Source of the DNA: Tritrichomonas foetus
Lineage: Eukaryota
DNA: 64,000 bases
Reading direction: 5' to 3'
Assembly: GCA_041260205.1 (NCBI GenBank)
Contig: CM083809.1
Location: 1,922,001 to 1,986,000 of the forward strand
Position 1 is the stretch's first letter. Every line of letters starts with the position of its first letter. Below the pieces are notes generated by a model. That model was given only the letters and a program-made list of their open reading frames with translations. It did no database searches and was not told where the DNA came from. Made by a program: the position numbers and the translations under genes. Of this stretch, positions 1 to 13,050 are shown piece by piece.

Positions 1-370
1 CGAGTCTTACTATGCAGCCCAAGAAATTTACGACAGTATGAACGAATCCCAAAATCAGAAAGCAAACGAACCCCAAAATATTCAATCAAACCAAACTCAG
101 ACATATTTATATCAAACCGACGATATTAATTCCAGAATTGATGCATCAATCGACGATTTTCATAATTCGAATTATAATAAGATTTTTGATGTTCCTCAAA
201 AAAATGAAATGGATAGTAACTATAAAGTTCCAGCAACAGTTATATCGCATAAATCTAACCTTGAGGCATCAACACAACCACTTCCACTTTGTTGGCAAAA
301 TCGAAACAATTACCAAACTCAAGAAAAAGACTCTGTTTTAATTTTACCACCAGTTGATACTCTCATGTGA
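1..370 (+). CDS. 3' end of a gene running in from the left; low-complexity N/Q/S-rich tail, function unknown
   Basis: Frame is open from the window start to TGA at 368-370; no recognisable domain. Confidence 0.4.
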   Translation, partial: ESYYAAQEIYDSMNESQNQKANEPQNIQSNQTQTYLYQTDDINSRIDASIDDFHNSNYNKIFDVPQKNEMDSNYKVPATVISHKSNLEASTQPLPLCWQNRNNYQTQEKDSVLILPPVDTLM

Positions 371-1082
371 GCACTTTTTTTTGCTGGTGTTTGATGATTC
401 ATCGATGTGTGAATCTATTTTGCGAATATATGAATGTAACAAAATGATCTTTATTTATTTATTTTTTTGTAATTAAAAGTAATCTTCAAGAAAAAGATAG
501 ATGTTTTATGTTTTTTTTCTCTGATTTTACATAGCTTATTGAGTTGTTGCTTACCATTTAAGTTTTTGCCTGTGGAACTCGTCTGAGAAATTGTGAGACA
601 ATGCCAAATATGTTCGATTAAAATTGGATATCTACGACGAGTATATTCAATATTATTCGTTGAATATAAAGATGACTCATTAATTAGGATTTTTCTCAAT
701 CCCTAGGGATTGTTATCATTATTTATTCAAACATTGGGCAAATATGTGAACCATAGAACCATTGTCTTTTTTTTTTTTTTTTTTTTTTTTTGGGCTTCAT
801 TAAATGACGGAGATTGAAGAGTCTTTGATATTGATGAAAAATTACTTAAAAAGAAGAAAATTGAAATACAATGGCACTACAATTATTATGATTATGAATC
901 TGTATTTTGGGTTTTGTGTCAATGAATCATAGTCAAAGAATAACTATATATTTTATATGTGTTGGAGTTCATTGACCAAATATATATGGAAAAAGTAATG
1001 ATGAAATAAAGAATAAGAATTGAATTAAACAGCTGATAATAGCCTTAGTAATTGACCTTGCGAATTTAATATATTGAATGAA

Positions 1083-1904
1083 ATGAGTGACATTCTCACA
1101 GAATCTCTTGTGAAAAAACGCACAAAACTTTCTCCATCAGAAGTAAAAAATCTCGATTTGTGGGGATATCAGCTCGCCGATGTTTCGCTCATTGAAAAAA
1201 TGCCCAAACTAGAAATCGCTTCTTTATCTCTCAACAAAATCACAACTTTGAAATCGTTTAAAGGTTGTACTCAGCTCAGAAATTTGTTTCTTCGAGACAA
1301 TTCAATTTCAGATTTCGACGAATTAAATCATCTCGTTAATTTACCGTCACTTCATACTTTATGGCTTTCCGGAAACCCAATTTCAGAAGACCCGAGTTAC
1401 AGAGAGCGCGTTATGCAGATCCTGCCAAAGCTGGCCAAGCTAGATGAGGATGAAATCACAGATATTGAAAGAATGCAAATTCCCAAAACCTTAGCCGCCA
1501 AAAAGTCATCACGCAGCAAAATGCCAGTCGCCCAAAGCTTTCCTGACATCACCAAAGGAAGTTCACCAAAAGCTGACATGTCAAGTGAAAAATTACAACA
1601 AGAAAAGAAATCATCAAATGTAAGTCCAGTAAGACCACCAACTGGCTCAAAAGCTAGTTCAAGAATAAGCTCAAATTTTAATTCAAATTCATCATCTAAT
1701 TCAGGTTCTTATAAAAGTGACACAAAAAGTACAGTGAAACACAGCTCAAGTGCACCTGCTCAAGATATAGAAAAAGAATCTGCCAGACCACACAGACGAA
1801 ATGATAAACCAGTTTTAAATGCAATCATGGAGCTTCTTCCTGAGCTTTCACAAGAATCGCTAGACGCCATCTTGCAGAGGGCGCGGGATTTGAGAAATCA
1901 ATGA
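1083..1904 (+). CDS. Leucine-rich repeat protein, CFAP410/C21orf2-like (N-terminal LRRs plus LRRcap, low-complexity linker, C-terminal helix)
   Basis: VKNLDLWGYQLADVS..LSLNKITTL..LFLRDNSI..LWLSGNPI..YRERVMQILPKLAKLD; C-terminal VLNAIMELLPELS; first ATG at 1083. Confidence 0.8.
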   Translation: MSDILTESLVKKRTKLSPSEVKNLDLWGYQLADVSLIEKMPKLEIASLSLNKITTLKSFKGCTQLRNLFLRDNSISDFDELNHLVNLPSLHTLWLSGNPISEDPSYRERVMQILPKLAKLDEDEITDIERMQIPKTLAAKKSSRSKMPVAQSFPDITKGSSPKADMSSEKLQQEKKSSNVSPVRPPTGSKASSRISSNFNSNSSSNSGSYKSDTKSTVKHSSSAPAQDIEKESARPHRRNDKPVLNAIMELLPELSQESLDAILQRARDLRNQ

Positions 1905-3106
1905 ATATTATTTTGTTCTTTTTTTAACTAAAATTTTTTTTTGTTTTGAGATTTGCACATTTTTCAAATTTTGTTTTTCGCGAATTAAAATGAAAGTTTT
2001 ATTGAATGAAAATCATAACTTTTTGTGTTTATCGTACTTTCCATTTTTTTGGAACCAGTTTAGAATCGTTATCTCAAAAATCAAAAGTAGAATTTCTTTT
2101 AATTTTTGTATATATTCTCTTCTATATGCATTATAATGTTTGACTGAGTTATAAAGAAAAACGTTGTTTGTTTTCAAGAACTGGACACAAACACAATCTT
2201 GAAGATTGATCGAAATGAAGGCGCCAAAAGCATATAAAAATAGATAATTCATTGGCATGATGTTCTAGATTATGATCATGTCAAAATAAAAGAAAAACCT
2301 TTGACTAGATTTCTAATTATTAACAAATAAGGAACAATGTAATTTTGTGTTTGAAAGAATTAGAACTTCTTTGATTGACATCACTTTATAGGAAAAAATT
2401 CTCATCATTTCCATTTCTGTTTGGATGAATGAATCACACTCATTGTCTGGGGAAAGCTGAATGGGTAGAATGAAAATAAACTTGTTTCCATATTGATAGT
2501 GTCTAAAATCAATGATTGAATAGTGACCATTGTTTAACTCGAAAGTGAAAACACACTTTTTTTTTCCGGTTTGTATCTGGTTCGTAATTGAAATAATTGT
2601 GATCGTTGCCATATATAAAACGGTGTGGTGTAAAAACGTCGGTTTAGGAGTGGAAACTATAAACTTTTTCAATTATTTGATTAATAAATTTGAATGGGAT
2701 TTGGTCGTACTCAATTGTAAAACTATTATATTTCTTTATGCAATTGAAATTACACAGCATCATTGAGTATTTGAATACTACTTAAGAGTATTTCCAAGAT
2801 AAATTTAAAAAAATTGCGAATTAAATTCAGAATATCATTGGAGGAAAAAAAGTTCTAAATACACAGAAATCATATTCATGATGTTGTAAATTTTTAAAAT
2901 AACAAAGCCATTAAAGTTTTTTTTAGATGATATGACAGTTGATTACTGTAGGTTAAAGCTATTTTTTTTTCGATGAATCCAGTTCTTGTTCCATCCATTG
3001 TTAAATGAAGAGAAGCCTTTGATGGCATAGAAGTGACATTTTTCATAAATAATTAGTCATCTCAGATTTTCGATCAGTATCAACATCACGTGAACCAAAT
3101 GAGTTT

Positions 3107-3360
3107 TTGAAAAATGTCCTGATTAGGCTCAATTCACTTGTCATATCTAGTATGGCATATTACAAAGCACTAAAAGATGTTTTACCAAACTCTACTGCCA
3201 CAATAACTTCCAGAAGAAATCTTCTTTTGCGTGAAAAAGAAATTGAAATTTTGAATACAATTCGCGAAGAACAAAGACAAAATGACTACCTTACTGGAAA
3301 AGACATCTGAGACATTGCAGCAAATATTTTTAGAAGAGTAACGCATGAGGATTGATGTTT
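3107..3360 (+). pseudogene. Possible pogo/Tc5-type transposase HTH remnant
   Basis: RRNLLLREKEIEILNTIREEQRQNDYLTGKDI*DIAANIF resembles a CENP-B-type HTH; in-frame stop. Confidence 0.35.
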
Positions 3361-4099
3361 TTCTCGAGATTAGATCAGTGACTTTACCCAACGTTACAGT
3401 GAAGAATAAAAACAAACAAAAGTTTAAGATTGGATTGCTTAGCTATTTACTTTGTTAATTCCACTGCAAGTGAATCATTGACGATGCCTTCTTGCACTAA
3501 TTGTCGAAGAATTTGGATAAATTCAGGACGTTGTGGATGATCATTGTTTAGGGCTAAAAAGAATTTGGTGATCGCCGCCGATCGCTTAATCGGTTCAAGG
3601 TTGGCGAGAAATTCTTCGATAATTAGGTGGAAGGCAGAGAAATCAAGTTTCTCATTCCAGATGCTGCAGATTTTTTGTTCCGCGATCTCCATCTGATAGA
3701 TGTCATAAAGATCGGATGCGGCTTCGCGAACTGCAAAAGATGGTAGTTTTTTATTTTTATTTTTATTTTTATTTTTTTTTTTTTTTTTTTTTTTTTTTTG
3801 CAAAACATGAGCACTAACATCTGCCAAAAATGTGGAGAAATGTGCAATTTCTCCATCAGGGATGGTGTCAGAGTCCAGAACTTGCCTTTTCCATTTTCAT
3901 CTTCCAATAATAAAGTTATAAATGAAAAATCAATAATTCACAGAAATTGAGTTATCCATGAAGCATACATTACATGCTATCGGCCATTTGAAAAATTTTT
4001 AGATATTAAACTTGATCCATAGTATTTCGCTACATTGGTCATAGAATTCTTGATATTGTATTGATATATAAACAGCCATGGATTAAGTGATATTCTTTT

Positions 4100-4500
4100 G
4101 GTCAAAATATTCGGAATTTCAGAATGAATCTTGCCTTTGCTAACTTTTCTTCTAATATCATAAAACTTGCTGAAATAGTATTATTTCCCTCTTTTGCCCT
4201 TACGTCTCCAGAAGGAAGACCTTGCTGTACTAATTCTTGAATTGATTGTATTTTCTTGTCAGAAATTATGTCATTAGCCTCGAGAAATAAACAAGAAAGG
4301 GATTTGAATGAGCCCAAGTCGCTTTTCTAAATGTGATTCTTGTCTCATTTCCATCATTCACAGTAGAAAATTCAATAAATGATTCACATTCATGACATTT
4401 TTGAGTTTGGTTTTTTGCTGCCAGATTTCTTTCCCCAAAATAACATTTATATCTCCATGTTTTTTCACCATTTATTAGTTTCATTTTGTCTTGTCGCACA
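4100..4500 (-). pseudogene. MULE (Mutator-like) transposase N-terminal zinc-binding domain remnant
   Basis: YKCYFG...TQKCHECESFIEF...ITFRKATWAH resembles the FAR1/WRKY-like domain of MULEs; frameshifted. Confidence 0.4.
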
Positions 4501-5090
4501 TGTTCAACCAGGATTTAACCTTAAATGAACAGTGTTTATTTCGTTCGAAAAGTTGCCAAAATCAGCTTTCATTAAATTTTCTGTTGACGATTTTGAGTCA
4601 TATGATGAATATAAATATCAGGCGTATTCAAAGAGATATAAAGGAAAAAGTTATGTGAAATAATACCGTATCTTAAATGTTTAGATATTTCACAGAATCA
4701 AAATTTCTCGTAAGAAAATGATTAACGAATTTCCATATTCACATAATATGAAAGAAAGCTATTCACCTGCAGTTATCGAATATAGAGTAATGTATAAGAG
4801 GTTTATGGGTGGAAACATGCTTCACCTCTACGAAATCTATGAAAGCAATAGTGTTCAACATCTAAAGCATTTATAGATTTTAAGATGTTACAAAGTTGTC
4901 GACGAGCAATAGCTTGATCTTCCCTAAAAATAAAATCTTCGCTATTTAAATATTCCAGATAGCGAAAAGCATTGTTGTTTGAACCATTATCCAAAATACA
5001 TTTTTATATCCCACATTCTAGAAAGCTTTATCCTATCACTATTTCAGTTATTCATTTATGGCTAATTTATGAAACAGAAACCGAAATTAT

Positions 5091-5308
5091 TTTTCATGAA
5101 TATTTTCAGAAATTTTTTTGTTAATTTTTAGGATAATTTTTTTAAAATCATTTGGTGTCGATTGTTAAAATTTATCTACCATTATTTTTTCTGTTGGTAT
5201 TTTTCGTTTTGTTTTTAGTTTATTTTTAAACGTTATTTATAAAATTATTTTGTTTCGGGCAGTTGAGCAACGTAGTTGCGAATAATGCCCGAAATTATAT
5301 CTACTACT
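5091..5308 (-). mobile_element. Isolated Maverick/Polinton terminal inverted repeat
   Basis: Reverse complement reads AGTAGTAGATATAATTTCGGGCATTATTCGCAACTACGTTGCTCAACTGCCCGAAACAAAATAATTTTATAAATAACG..., nearly identical to the element end at 53289 onward. Confidence 0.85.
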
Positions 5309-5689
5309 GCCGAGTAAAAAAGAAATAGTTTCCACCAAATCAGTCATGCAGAAATAACATATTAATAGGTATTTTCAATTATGGCTGGTATTAATTCAGC
5401 GGAACAAGTAAGACATCGAATTTTCATCAAAAATTTGATGTGTGTATTGATTAATTATTTATAAAATTATAAAAGAATCTTCGTATTGAATAGCCACTTT
5501 CCTTCTCAAAAAGTATTTCAATTCCTCATTCCCACCAGACCTTAACAAGAATGACGATCTCTCTGATGCTTATTTACATCTTCATACATTCCTCAATAAA
5601 GGTTGTGATGAATTAACAGAATATTTAATTTACAATTATTAATTATTTCACTGAACCAGTGATTCAGTGAACCAGTTGGTGATAAAGCA

Positions 5690-5925
5690 AGATCGAGAGG
5701 GACAGATACATTGTAAATTATTCCCATACATGCGACAGCAGTATAATTATAAGGATTCAGAACTCCGAATGTTGTGTCTAATACAGTTTATCAATATGCT
5801 TGAAATTAGCTAACAGTTCATGAAGGAATCCAACAAAGTTGCTGGTATGAAATCAATAAATGGTCTTGCCAATAAAATGATCTTATTATGAATTTCATTG
5901 GTTTTATTCGATCAATCATCATCAG
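5690..5925 (-). pseudogene. Probable MULE transposase core remnant
   Basis: Minus strand encodes LDTTFGVLNPYNYTAVACMG, resembling the first catalytic Asp motif; stops and frameshifts nearby. Confidence 0.35.
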
Positions 5926-5931
5926 CACACA

Positions 5932-5966
<35 letters not shown>

Positions 5967-6742
5967 AAAAATGATCAAAAATAATTAGGAAAAAATTCTG
6001 TCATTTCATTCTTGAAATTGAATCTTCTATTTCTTGACATTTAATTCACACTCCCATCACTTTTCTAGATCATACCCATTTTTTCTGCCTTCTCCAAAAT
6101 AATAGCGATTAGATTCATCTGCTCAGTGTCTCGGTCACATTTTATTTTTTTCAAACTAATAATAACTTCAGAACATAATTTCATGGAAAGAATGTTATGT
6201 TCATAGCCGTAATTTGGCATTCACAGCTGTAAGATTTCTTATATTAATCAACTCAAAATTATGAGTATAGAATTGAAGTATCAGAACAAGGATAAAAGTA
6301 TCAGACATCGAGCAACAGTCTCTTATTATAGTTTGAAAGTATTATTTTAAAAATCTAAAAATCCCAGCAATTGAAAATTCTTCAACAGCCTATAAAAAAA
6401 GAAGCTTATAAGCAAAGAATCGGCACTCGCCAATTATTAGTATCATTATTATCATTTTTACCAATACTTTTGTTATTCGTATCGATAGCAAACTTTTTTT
6501 CTCCCATATTTTTTTTTAATAATCATTCTTCTCTATAATAAATAGTATTGGCTTCATTAGGTGGTTTCTTTTTATCTTATATGATGTTTTTTAATTTTTA
6601 TCATTCAAAGGTTTAAATTTAATCATGGGCTTTCTAATTAGGATATTCGTTTTTTCCCCTCATGTTTTTGAAAATACTATTTGAAAAGTTTTGCTGTATT
6701 TAGATCAATTCTTATTCATGATTCTTTTTGGTGATTTTTCAG

Positions 6743-6818
6743 GTCAAAATTTGTTCCAAACCACCGAAATCGATGAATTCTAAAAGTTTGATTTCGGCGG
6801 TTTGGAACAAATTTTGAC
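6743..6818. repeat. 29-bp inverted repeat with 18-nt spacer
   Basis: GTCAAAATTTGTTCCAAACCACCGAAATC (6743-6771) / GATTTCGGCGGTTTGGAACAAATTTTGAC (6790-6818), one mismatch. Confidence 0.9.
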
Positions 6819-7324
6819 TTTTACTTTCCCGAATTTTCGCTTCAGCAAATCTTAAAGGAGTTAACGAGTGAACTTATTGACTATAAAACAGTGAACTCGA
6901 CATTTTAAACTGTGTCAACAATGAAAATAATATCTATTTAATTAATATCGTCTTTCATTCAAATCATTTTCACAATATTATTTTTGATGATGAAGAAATA
7001 TTTGGATTTATACTATGAGTATGTATATATGAAGAACAAAGAAATTCAAAACTAATAAATGTTTTTTTAAGCCAAAATAAATAAACCTCTTTCATTTTGA
7101 ATATAATTAAATCTTTCATTACGTATGCTTGTTTATACATGATCACTTACATTCGCTTAGAATTTTTAAATTTAAAACGATAATTAGGTAAATGAAAGAA
7201 AAAATATTCAGATGAGAGATTTATAAATATAACATTTACTGGATATTTGTTTGTTGAGTCTTGCTGGTTGAAGTTCCTTGAATATGTCTACCTTCGTGAG
7301 CTGTGGGATAACTTATTGAAGATA

Positions 7325-7824
7325 TCTTTCTGCATCAGGAATATAAATTTTACATTCTTGATTCGTTATTGTATCGATGACATACTCTAAGTTCTTTTTC
7401 ATAAATATGCTGTGATTTTTACTGAAAAGATTTGCCATAAGTTCTTTATTCGAGTTTAATAAAATTTTGGATTATATTTCATATAAAATGCCTTCCACTC
7501 TCGTAAATTATGAATCTCGTGTTTGAACTTGATCTCTAAGAACAGAAAGCATCAAAAGATTATCTATATAAACATTAGCTGAATCACCTAAAATGATATT
7601 ATCATTAATAGTTGGATTAGATAAAGCAGATGCTGATGACTCAAGACCGACTGTAATATTCAGTCCACTGTTGCGCATATGTTTTCTAGGGTTCATTTAT
7701 GATTAAATAAAAAATGGATTATGCGGATCATACGCTGGTAATGTATTTACAGATCTTGCTATACCTTTTATGTCATCATAATCTTTATAATATTCTTTAA
7801 CTTCTCTTGCTTTATTAAAGTCCT
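7325..7824 (-). pseudogene. Degraded copy of the two small Maverick ORFs found at 54471-55307
   Basis: MNPRKHMRNSGLNITVGLESSASALSNPTINDNIILGDSANV matches MSIRKHMCNSGLNIPVGLESSASASSNPTINNNIILGDSANV; upstream KEYYKDYD..LPAYDPHNP matches; premature TAA at 7508-7510. Confidence 0.9.
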
Positions 7825-8929
7825 AAGAATTCTTGTGGCGTCAAAAGCGTGTTCGAGTTGATGAGTTCAGATTCAATCAACGTTAACTTTCTTTTTAATG
7901 CAAATTATTATGATCAAAGAATGAAGACTATTTAAAATTTCGATGAGAAACATCTCTGGAAATATAATCATTATTTCTTTTTTATTTTTATATTTTTTAA
8001 TTTTGTACTATTTTGACAGCAATCAAAATGGAAGTTCATTAAATACAAAAATGCAATTTCTAAAAGAAAAGAACAATACTATCTGATATAATGGAGTTTG
8101 TTAAAGCTTCGATTATCAATATAAATATTTCTAGATTAATACGTAGCAAACAATTAAACTATATTCATCAGGAAAAAGGTTGAAAATAGGAGACAAATTC
8201 AGAACAAATAGAAGCGGGAAAGTGTTGCTGTACAAAATCATGCCATTCATCAACATTATCAAATTTTTCTAGTTCGTCACAAGACACTGTATCCAGGATT
8301 TTTCTAACCAGAAACATCACCTTCTTTCCCCACAATAATATTATAAGTTATATTAAGTGAAGGAAATTTGTCAATTGAATTAATAAGTGATAATTTTGTG
8401 ATGTTTATAAAATTGTTCATTCCTTTTTAAATTTTGAATGTGGGGATTTAAGAGTAGTATTCTCGATAGATGCTGCATCTCTTGATCTTTAAGAAGCAGT
8501 CAAACAAAATTTAACAGTTATTGGTTTGGTTTCAAAATATCAAAATTTAGCTTCAGAAATTGAAAGTGCCATTGAAAAAATGAAGGTTTATCTTTATCTT
8601 CTTAAAAAAGATATTACTAATGCATATTTCGCTATTGTCACTCTTTCATCATGCCCCCCCCAAAAAAAAAAACTCACTCTTCCTCCCACGCGCTGCGCGC
8701 CCTCCCGGTCGGTTCGTCTATTAAAAGAAACTTTATATATAAAACTTTACTGAACCAGTGATCCAGTGAACCAGCTGGATCAATTTCATTCAAGGGGTCT
8801 AACTAAAAAATATATTTACCATTTTTTATATAGAGTTCTTATATATAGAGTTCTTATTATATAGAACACTCTTATATAGAGTCTTCTTATATAAGGAAGT
8901 TTGATAAAAGAAAAAAAACGAGATTAAAA

Positions 8930-9955
8930 AATCATTTTACTACAAATGCAATAGAAGGTTTATTTGGAAAATATAAAAATAGTACTGATCATAGAGTTCT
9001 ACCTCTAGATCAAGCCATTGACGCTTTTGTTAACATATACCATCAACGAATTCTAAGATCATTACGAGAAATTCCTCTTGGCTTACCTGCTGAATTGTAT
9101 CAAGGAAAACTATTAGGAGTTACTGCAGCAGAAAAATTATTGAATGAATATTCTATTTTAAATGGACTATTAAATGACATTGAAACAGGAAATAATGAAA
9201 CAATGAATAATACTTTAAATAAACTGGGTCAATGCTCATGTGAAAAGTTACAGTTTAACTTACCATGTTATCACGATCTCTACAATAGAAAACAAGCAGG
9301 ATATAATCCACTGGTTTCTTCTAGTGACATTGATTCGATTTATTTTCTATACCGTCCAACTCAAAAAAATTGGGAAAACACGAAAAATGTTACTAATATC
9401 ATTGATAAGAAAGAGCAAAACAATGAATACTCCTATACTGAAGTGATGGCAATATTCTCAACAATGGCAGAAAAAACTAAACGAAATTTAGAAGTAAGAA
9501 ATCTTATTAACGAAACTTTCACCAAATTCGGCAATCTTTATCAAAGAAAGGAAGGTGAATCACTATATTTGCCACAGAGGGGCAGACATATGACACATCC
9601 AGCAAAACTCGTCGATCATCTTTCCAGGCCGAAAAACAATTCTTATGATGGTAAGAAAATCAAAAGATGTTCCCTTTGCCATAAGATTGGTCATTATAAA
9701 AAAACTTGTCCAAATAGATTCGATCATCATGACAATAAAGAAAATGATTCACAAAACGACATTATAAATAATTCACAAAACAACATTGAAAATAATTCAC
9801 AGAGCGATTTGGAACTAATTTCACCTTATGACCATGAAAATCAATCACCAAAAAAGCATGAGAATTATGCACAAGACAAACAGATTATAATTATTAATAG
9901 TGATTCAGAAAGTGATCGTTCAGAAAATCAAATTAATCCTTCAAATGAACACTAG
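8930..9955 (+). pseudogene. 5'-truncated MULE transposase (catalytic Glu motif, SWIM finger, CCHC knuckle)
   Basis: TTNAIEGLFGKYK near 8940; CSCEKLQFNLPCYH (SWIM); CSLCHKIGHYKKTC. Confidence 0.75.
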
Positions 9956-11110
9956 ACGAAGCATTAAAAGTTCTTCATAGACTACCCTTCCTCAGAAATC
10001 TCGATATTGAATATACTCTTTTGCCACATTTTAATAGCGCAACCCTTTTTCAAATAGAATTAATTAAGCAATTTCATTTTTTTGCTCCATTTATACTTCA
10101 AATCACAGATACTGCCAATCAACAATTAACAGATCTTGCTAATTGGTGTGGCATCCTGTTTTCTCAGTACAGAATTACGCATGCAAATATGAAATCATAT
10201 ACAGATGAAACAATTATCAAGATGATTGCATCCGACTAACTTATGATGTTAACTTTGGATGCCCGTGTCTTTTTGATAAATTAGAATATGCTAAAAATTT
10301 CATATTTGATGTGATTGACAATCGATGCTGATTTGGAATTCTAAAAATATTTTGATAATTCATGATTTTCTTTTTTCTTGTTAATTTTTTATTTTGGAGA
10401 TTTGAATAGTCCTTAGATTGACGATTTTTACTTTTTTTTGACCATATTTGGCCTTCTGACGAACTTTTTCTTTAGTCTTTAGATTTACGATTTCCCCAAA
10501 ATTTATTCACTATTAATTTTCATGTTAAATAATTTGTCGCTTTCTACCTATTTACAAATCGAATATTATCATATTAGAGCTCATTTTGAGAAAATTAAAG
10601 AAGAATAGAATAGCTTCACATATCCTGAATTTCATCATATAATGATTATTATTTTAATATCATCTAAAATACATTTATTTATGATAAAAGATATATGAAA
10701 TAGAAATAAAAGAAATTTTAAAATCATCTGTTGAGAAAAAAAGGAGATATTTTTATTTCTTGAATATGTGACTTTTTGAATACAAAATACATTCAATTTT
10801 AAAATATAAGAAACGCGTATATCTTTGTGAATATGACTTATTTCTGGAAAATAATATAAGAATATGTTTTTCAGTACTAATGTATTATGATATTAAATTA
10901 TGTGAAGTTACATACGTTCTGATTTTGTCATTCTATTTTCCGAAATTTGCATTGAAACATATTTAGCAATTTATATTAAAAGATTTATTGACGAAGGAAC
11001 GAAAAATAAGGTCACTACCCATGAATGAAGAAAATGTCAGATTTTCCATTTTACACATCAATGGCCAATTTGGCGGTTAATTGACCTAAACCTCACAAAA
11101 AAACAAAAAA

Positions 11111-12424
11111 ATGTATGGCACAAATTTTCCTCCGCCGAATCCTCAAGTGCAATATTACGCTAAACAGTATGGCTTACATGATTGCTTTTTCCAAAATCCG
11201 CAAAGCGCCCAGTTGCCTCAGCTATATCCAATAGTCAGTGGAGTCGATCCCTCGTTCATTCAACAAAAGATACAAAGAAGAACTCAAGCTTCCACTTCAC
11301 ATTTACAGCCACAAAATCAATTTTCACCTCAGCAAACAGGATTTACTCAATATGCCGGAACTCATTCGAATATTCCGTCTTCCGCAAATATCCAACCTTC
11401 TTCTCCAGCATCTCCAACTGCAGTACCCCAAGTTTCGTACCCAAAGGTTGAAGAGATCGATTATTATTATCAGAAATTTTACTCCTCAAATAGCCAGTGG
11501 CTTACTACATCCCTCAGATTTAATCCATGGGAGGCCCAGTCCTGGCAGAGGCCACCAGCGCAGCCCACAAATGATGATATGAATCATTTGTATCCGGTGA
11601 TTTCAATGCCACCACCTACGCCAGTTATTGATATAGAAGAATTCCAGAAATTGCGTCATCATTCATCAGTGGAATCAGCATTGGGCCAATTAAACGGTCT
11701 CTCCAAATGTTTGAATGGCACAAACCCAGAATCGCTTCCAGCGAGAATGGTGAGAGCCTGCTTTATTTGTTGCAATAGCTATACGAAAGAAAGCTTAAAA
11801 CTGGGTGTGGGGCCAGTGAATGATTCTGTGACAGTAGCTGCCAATCATAAATATTTGGGATATAAAGTATATTATGTTCATAATCCAATGGCTACTCAGT
11901 TTTTGTCCTTCTTGAAAGTGTTTCTCCAACGTACAACTGAGTTCCTTACTGTGTTTTATACTGGGCATGGTTCGAATATGAAGAATTATGATGGTACTGA
12001 GGAAAGTGGTTATGACCAATGCATGGTTTTTGATGATGATTATGTTAAAGATGATACACTTTCTCAATATTTACGTGATTATTCAACAGGCATTGCTAAA
12101 ACTATGCTGATTACTGATTGTTGTCATTCTGGCACAATTTGGGACATTCCGGATGATCCTGTCAAGGCGCTTGAATTCCCTGCAAACATTGTGTCTGTAT
12201 CTTCATCGGATGATGATAATACTGCTAAGCAGGGAACAATTGATAATAATTCACAAGGACTTTTTACTTTTTATTTCTGGAAGACACTCAAAGAACATCC
12301 AGAATACAATTTATTACAAGTTAAACCACTTGTTGATAAGGCAATTAAGAAATACAAACAAGAGTGTATCTTGCATGCAACTCGACCAAACATATTAGAA
12401 ACCCCATTCTTTGCACCAAGGTGA
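11111..12424 (+). CDS. Metacaspase (peptidase C14) with Pro/Gln-rich N-terminal extension
   Basis: Catalytic motifs FYTGHG and TDCCHSGTIWDI; DGTEESGYDQC. Confidence 0.92.
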   Translation: MYGTNFPPPNPQVQYYAKQYGLHDCFFQNPQSAQLPQLYPIVSGVDPSFIQQKIQRRTQASTSHLQPQNQFSPQQTGFTQYAGTHSNIPSSANIQPSSPASPTAVPQVSYPKVEEIDYYYQKFYSSNSQWLTTSLRFNPWEAQSWQRPPAQPTNDDMNHLYPVISMPPPTPVIDIEEFQKLRHHSSVESALGQLNGLSKCLNGTNPESLPARMVRACFICCNSYTKESLKLGVGPVNDSVTVAANHKYLGYKVYYVHNPMATQFLSFLKVFLQRTTEFLTVFYTGHGSNMKNYDGTEESGYDQCMVFDDDYVKDDTLSQYLRDYSTGIAKTMLITDCCHSGTIWDIPDDPVKALEFPANIVSVSSSDDDNTAKQGTIDNNSQGLFTFYFWKTLKEHPEYNLLQVKPLVDKAIKKYKQECILHATRPNILETPFFAPR

Positions 12425-13050
12425 ATTATTTGAATCACTTCTTCTTTATTTTATTTATTAGTAAACTTTTAACTATCTTTTAGATTTTATTCTTTAATGA
12501 TTGCTTTCTTCTTTCTTTAAAAGGTGTCTTGCAATTCTCGAAAGAAATTTCTCCACTTAGATCATCAAAAATAGATATTGATTTGAAATACACATTTAAC
12601 AATTACATAACAACCTTAAATATACATTTTTTATTCAAATATTACATTATGTTTAATTAGATTCAAGTTCATTGGGATATTATAAAATCATGAGAAAAAT
12701 CATCACTTTATATTTAGACTCTGCTAAAAAAGAAAGTAGAAAGAATGCATGATATTCTGATCAATAGTTAGTCTACCATGCAAAAATTTTGGTTATTCAT
12801 TCGTTTTGGGTTGAGCTTACTTTCTGATAACGAAAGCCTCCAGATGAAGTAGTTATTTAAAATATTCCATTCTTTGGTGAATGGTTGAAGTGATTCATTC
12901 ACATTTGTATTTTAGAAATATAAAATCAAAAACACGTTTCTGGAAAGTACATTTTTAAACATAAATAGAAAAAAGTTAATTTTTAAAGGAGTTTAATATA
13001 AACAAACAAACAAAATTATTCGCAAACAAACAATATAATATGGAAATCAG

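Noticed and set aside
2013..2766. Short ORFs here and at 19764, 20853, 26407, 35054-36608 and 51080
   Set aside because: No recognisable motifs, F/I/K-biased composition typical of AT-rich non-coding DNA; some may be decayed fragments.
3447..3827. 126-aa minus-strand ORF with a poly-Lys start
   Set aside because: The N-terminus derives from a homopolymer tract; the remainder may be a gene fragment but cannot be assigned.
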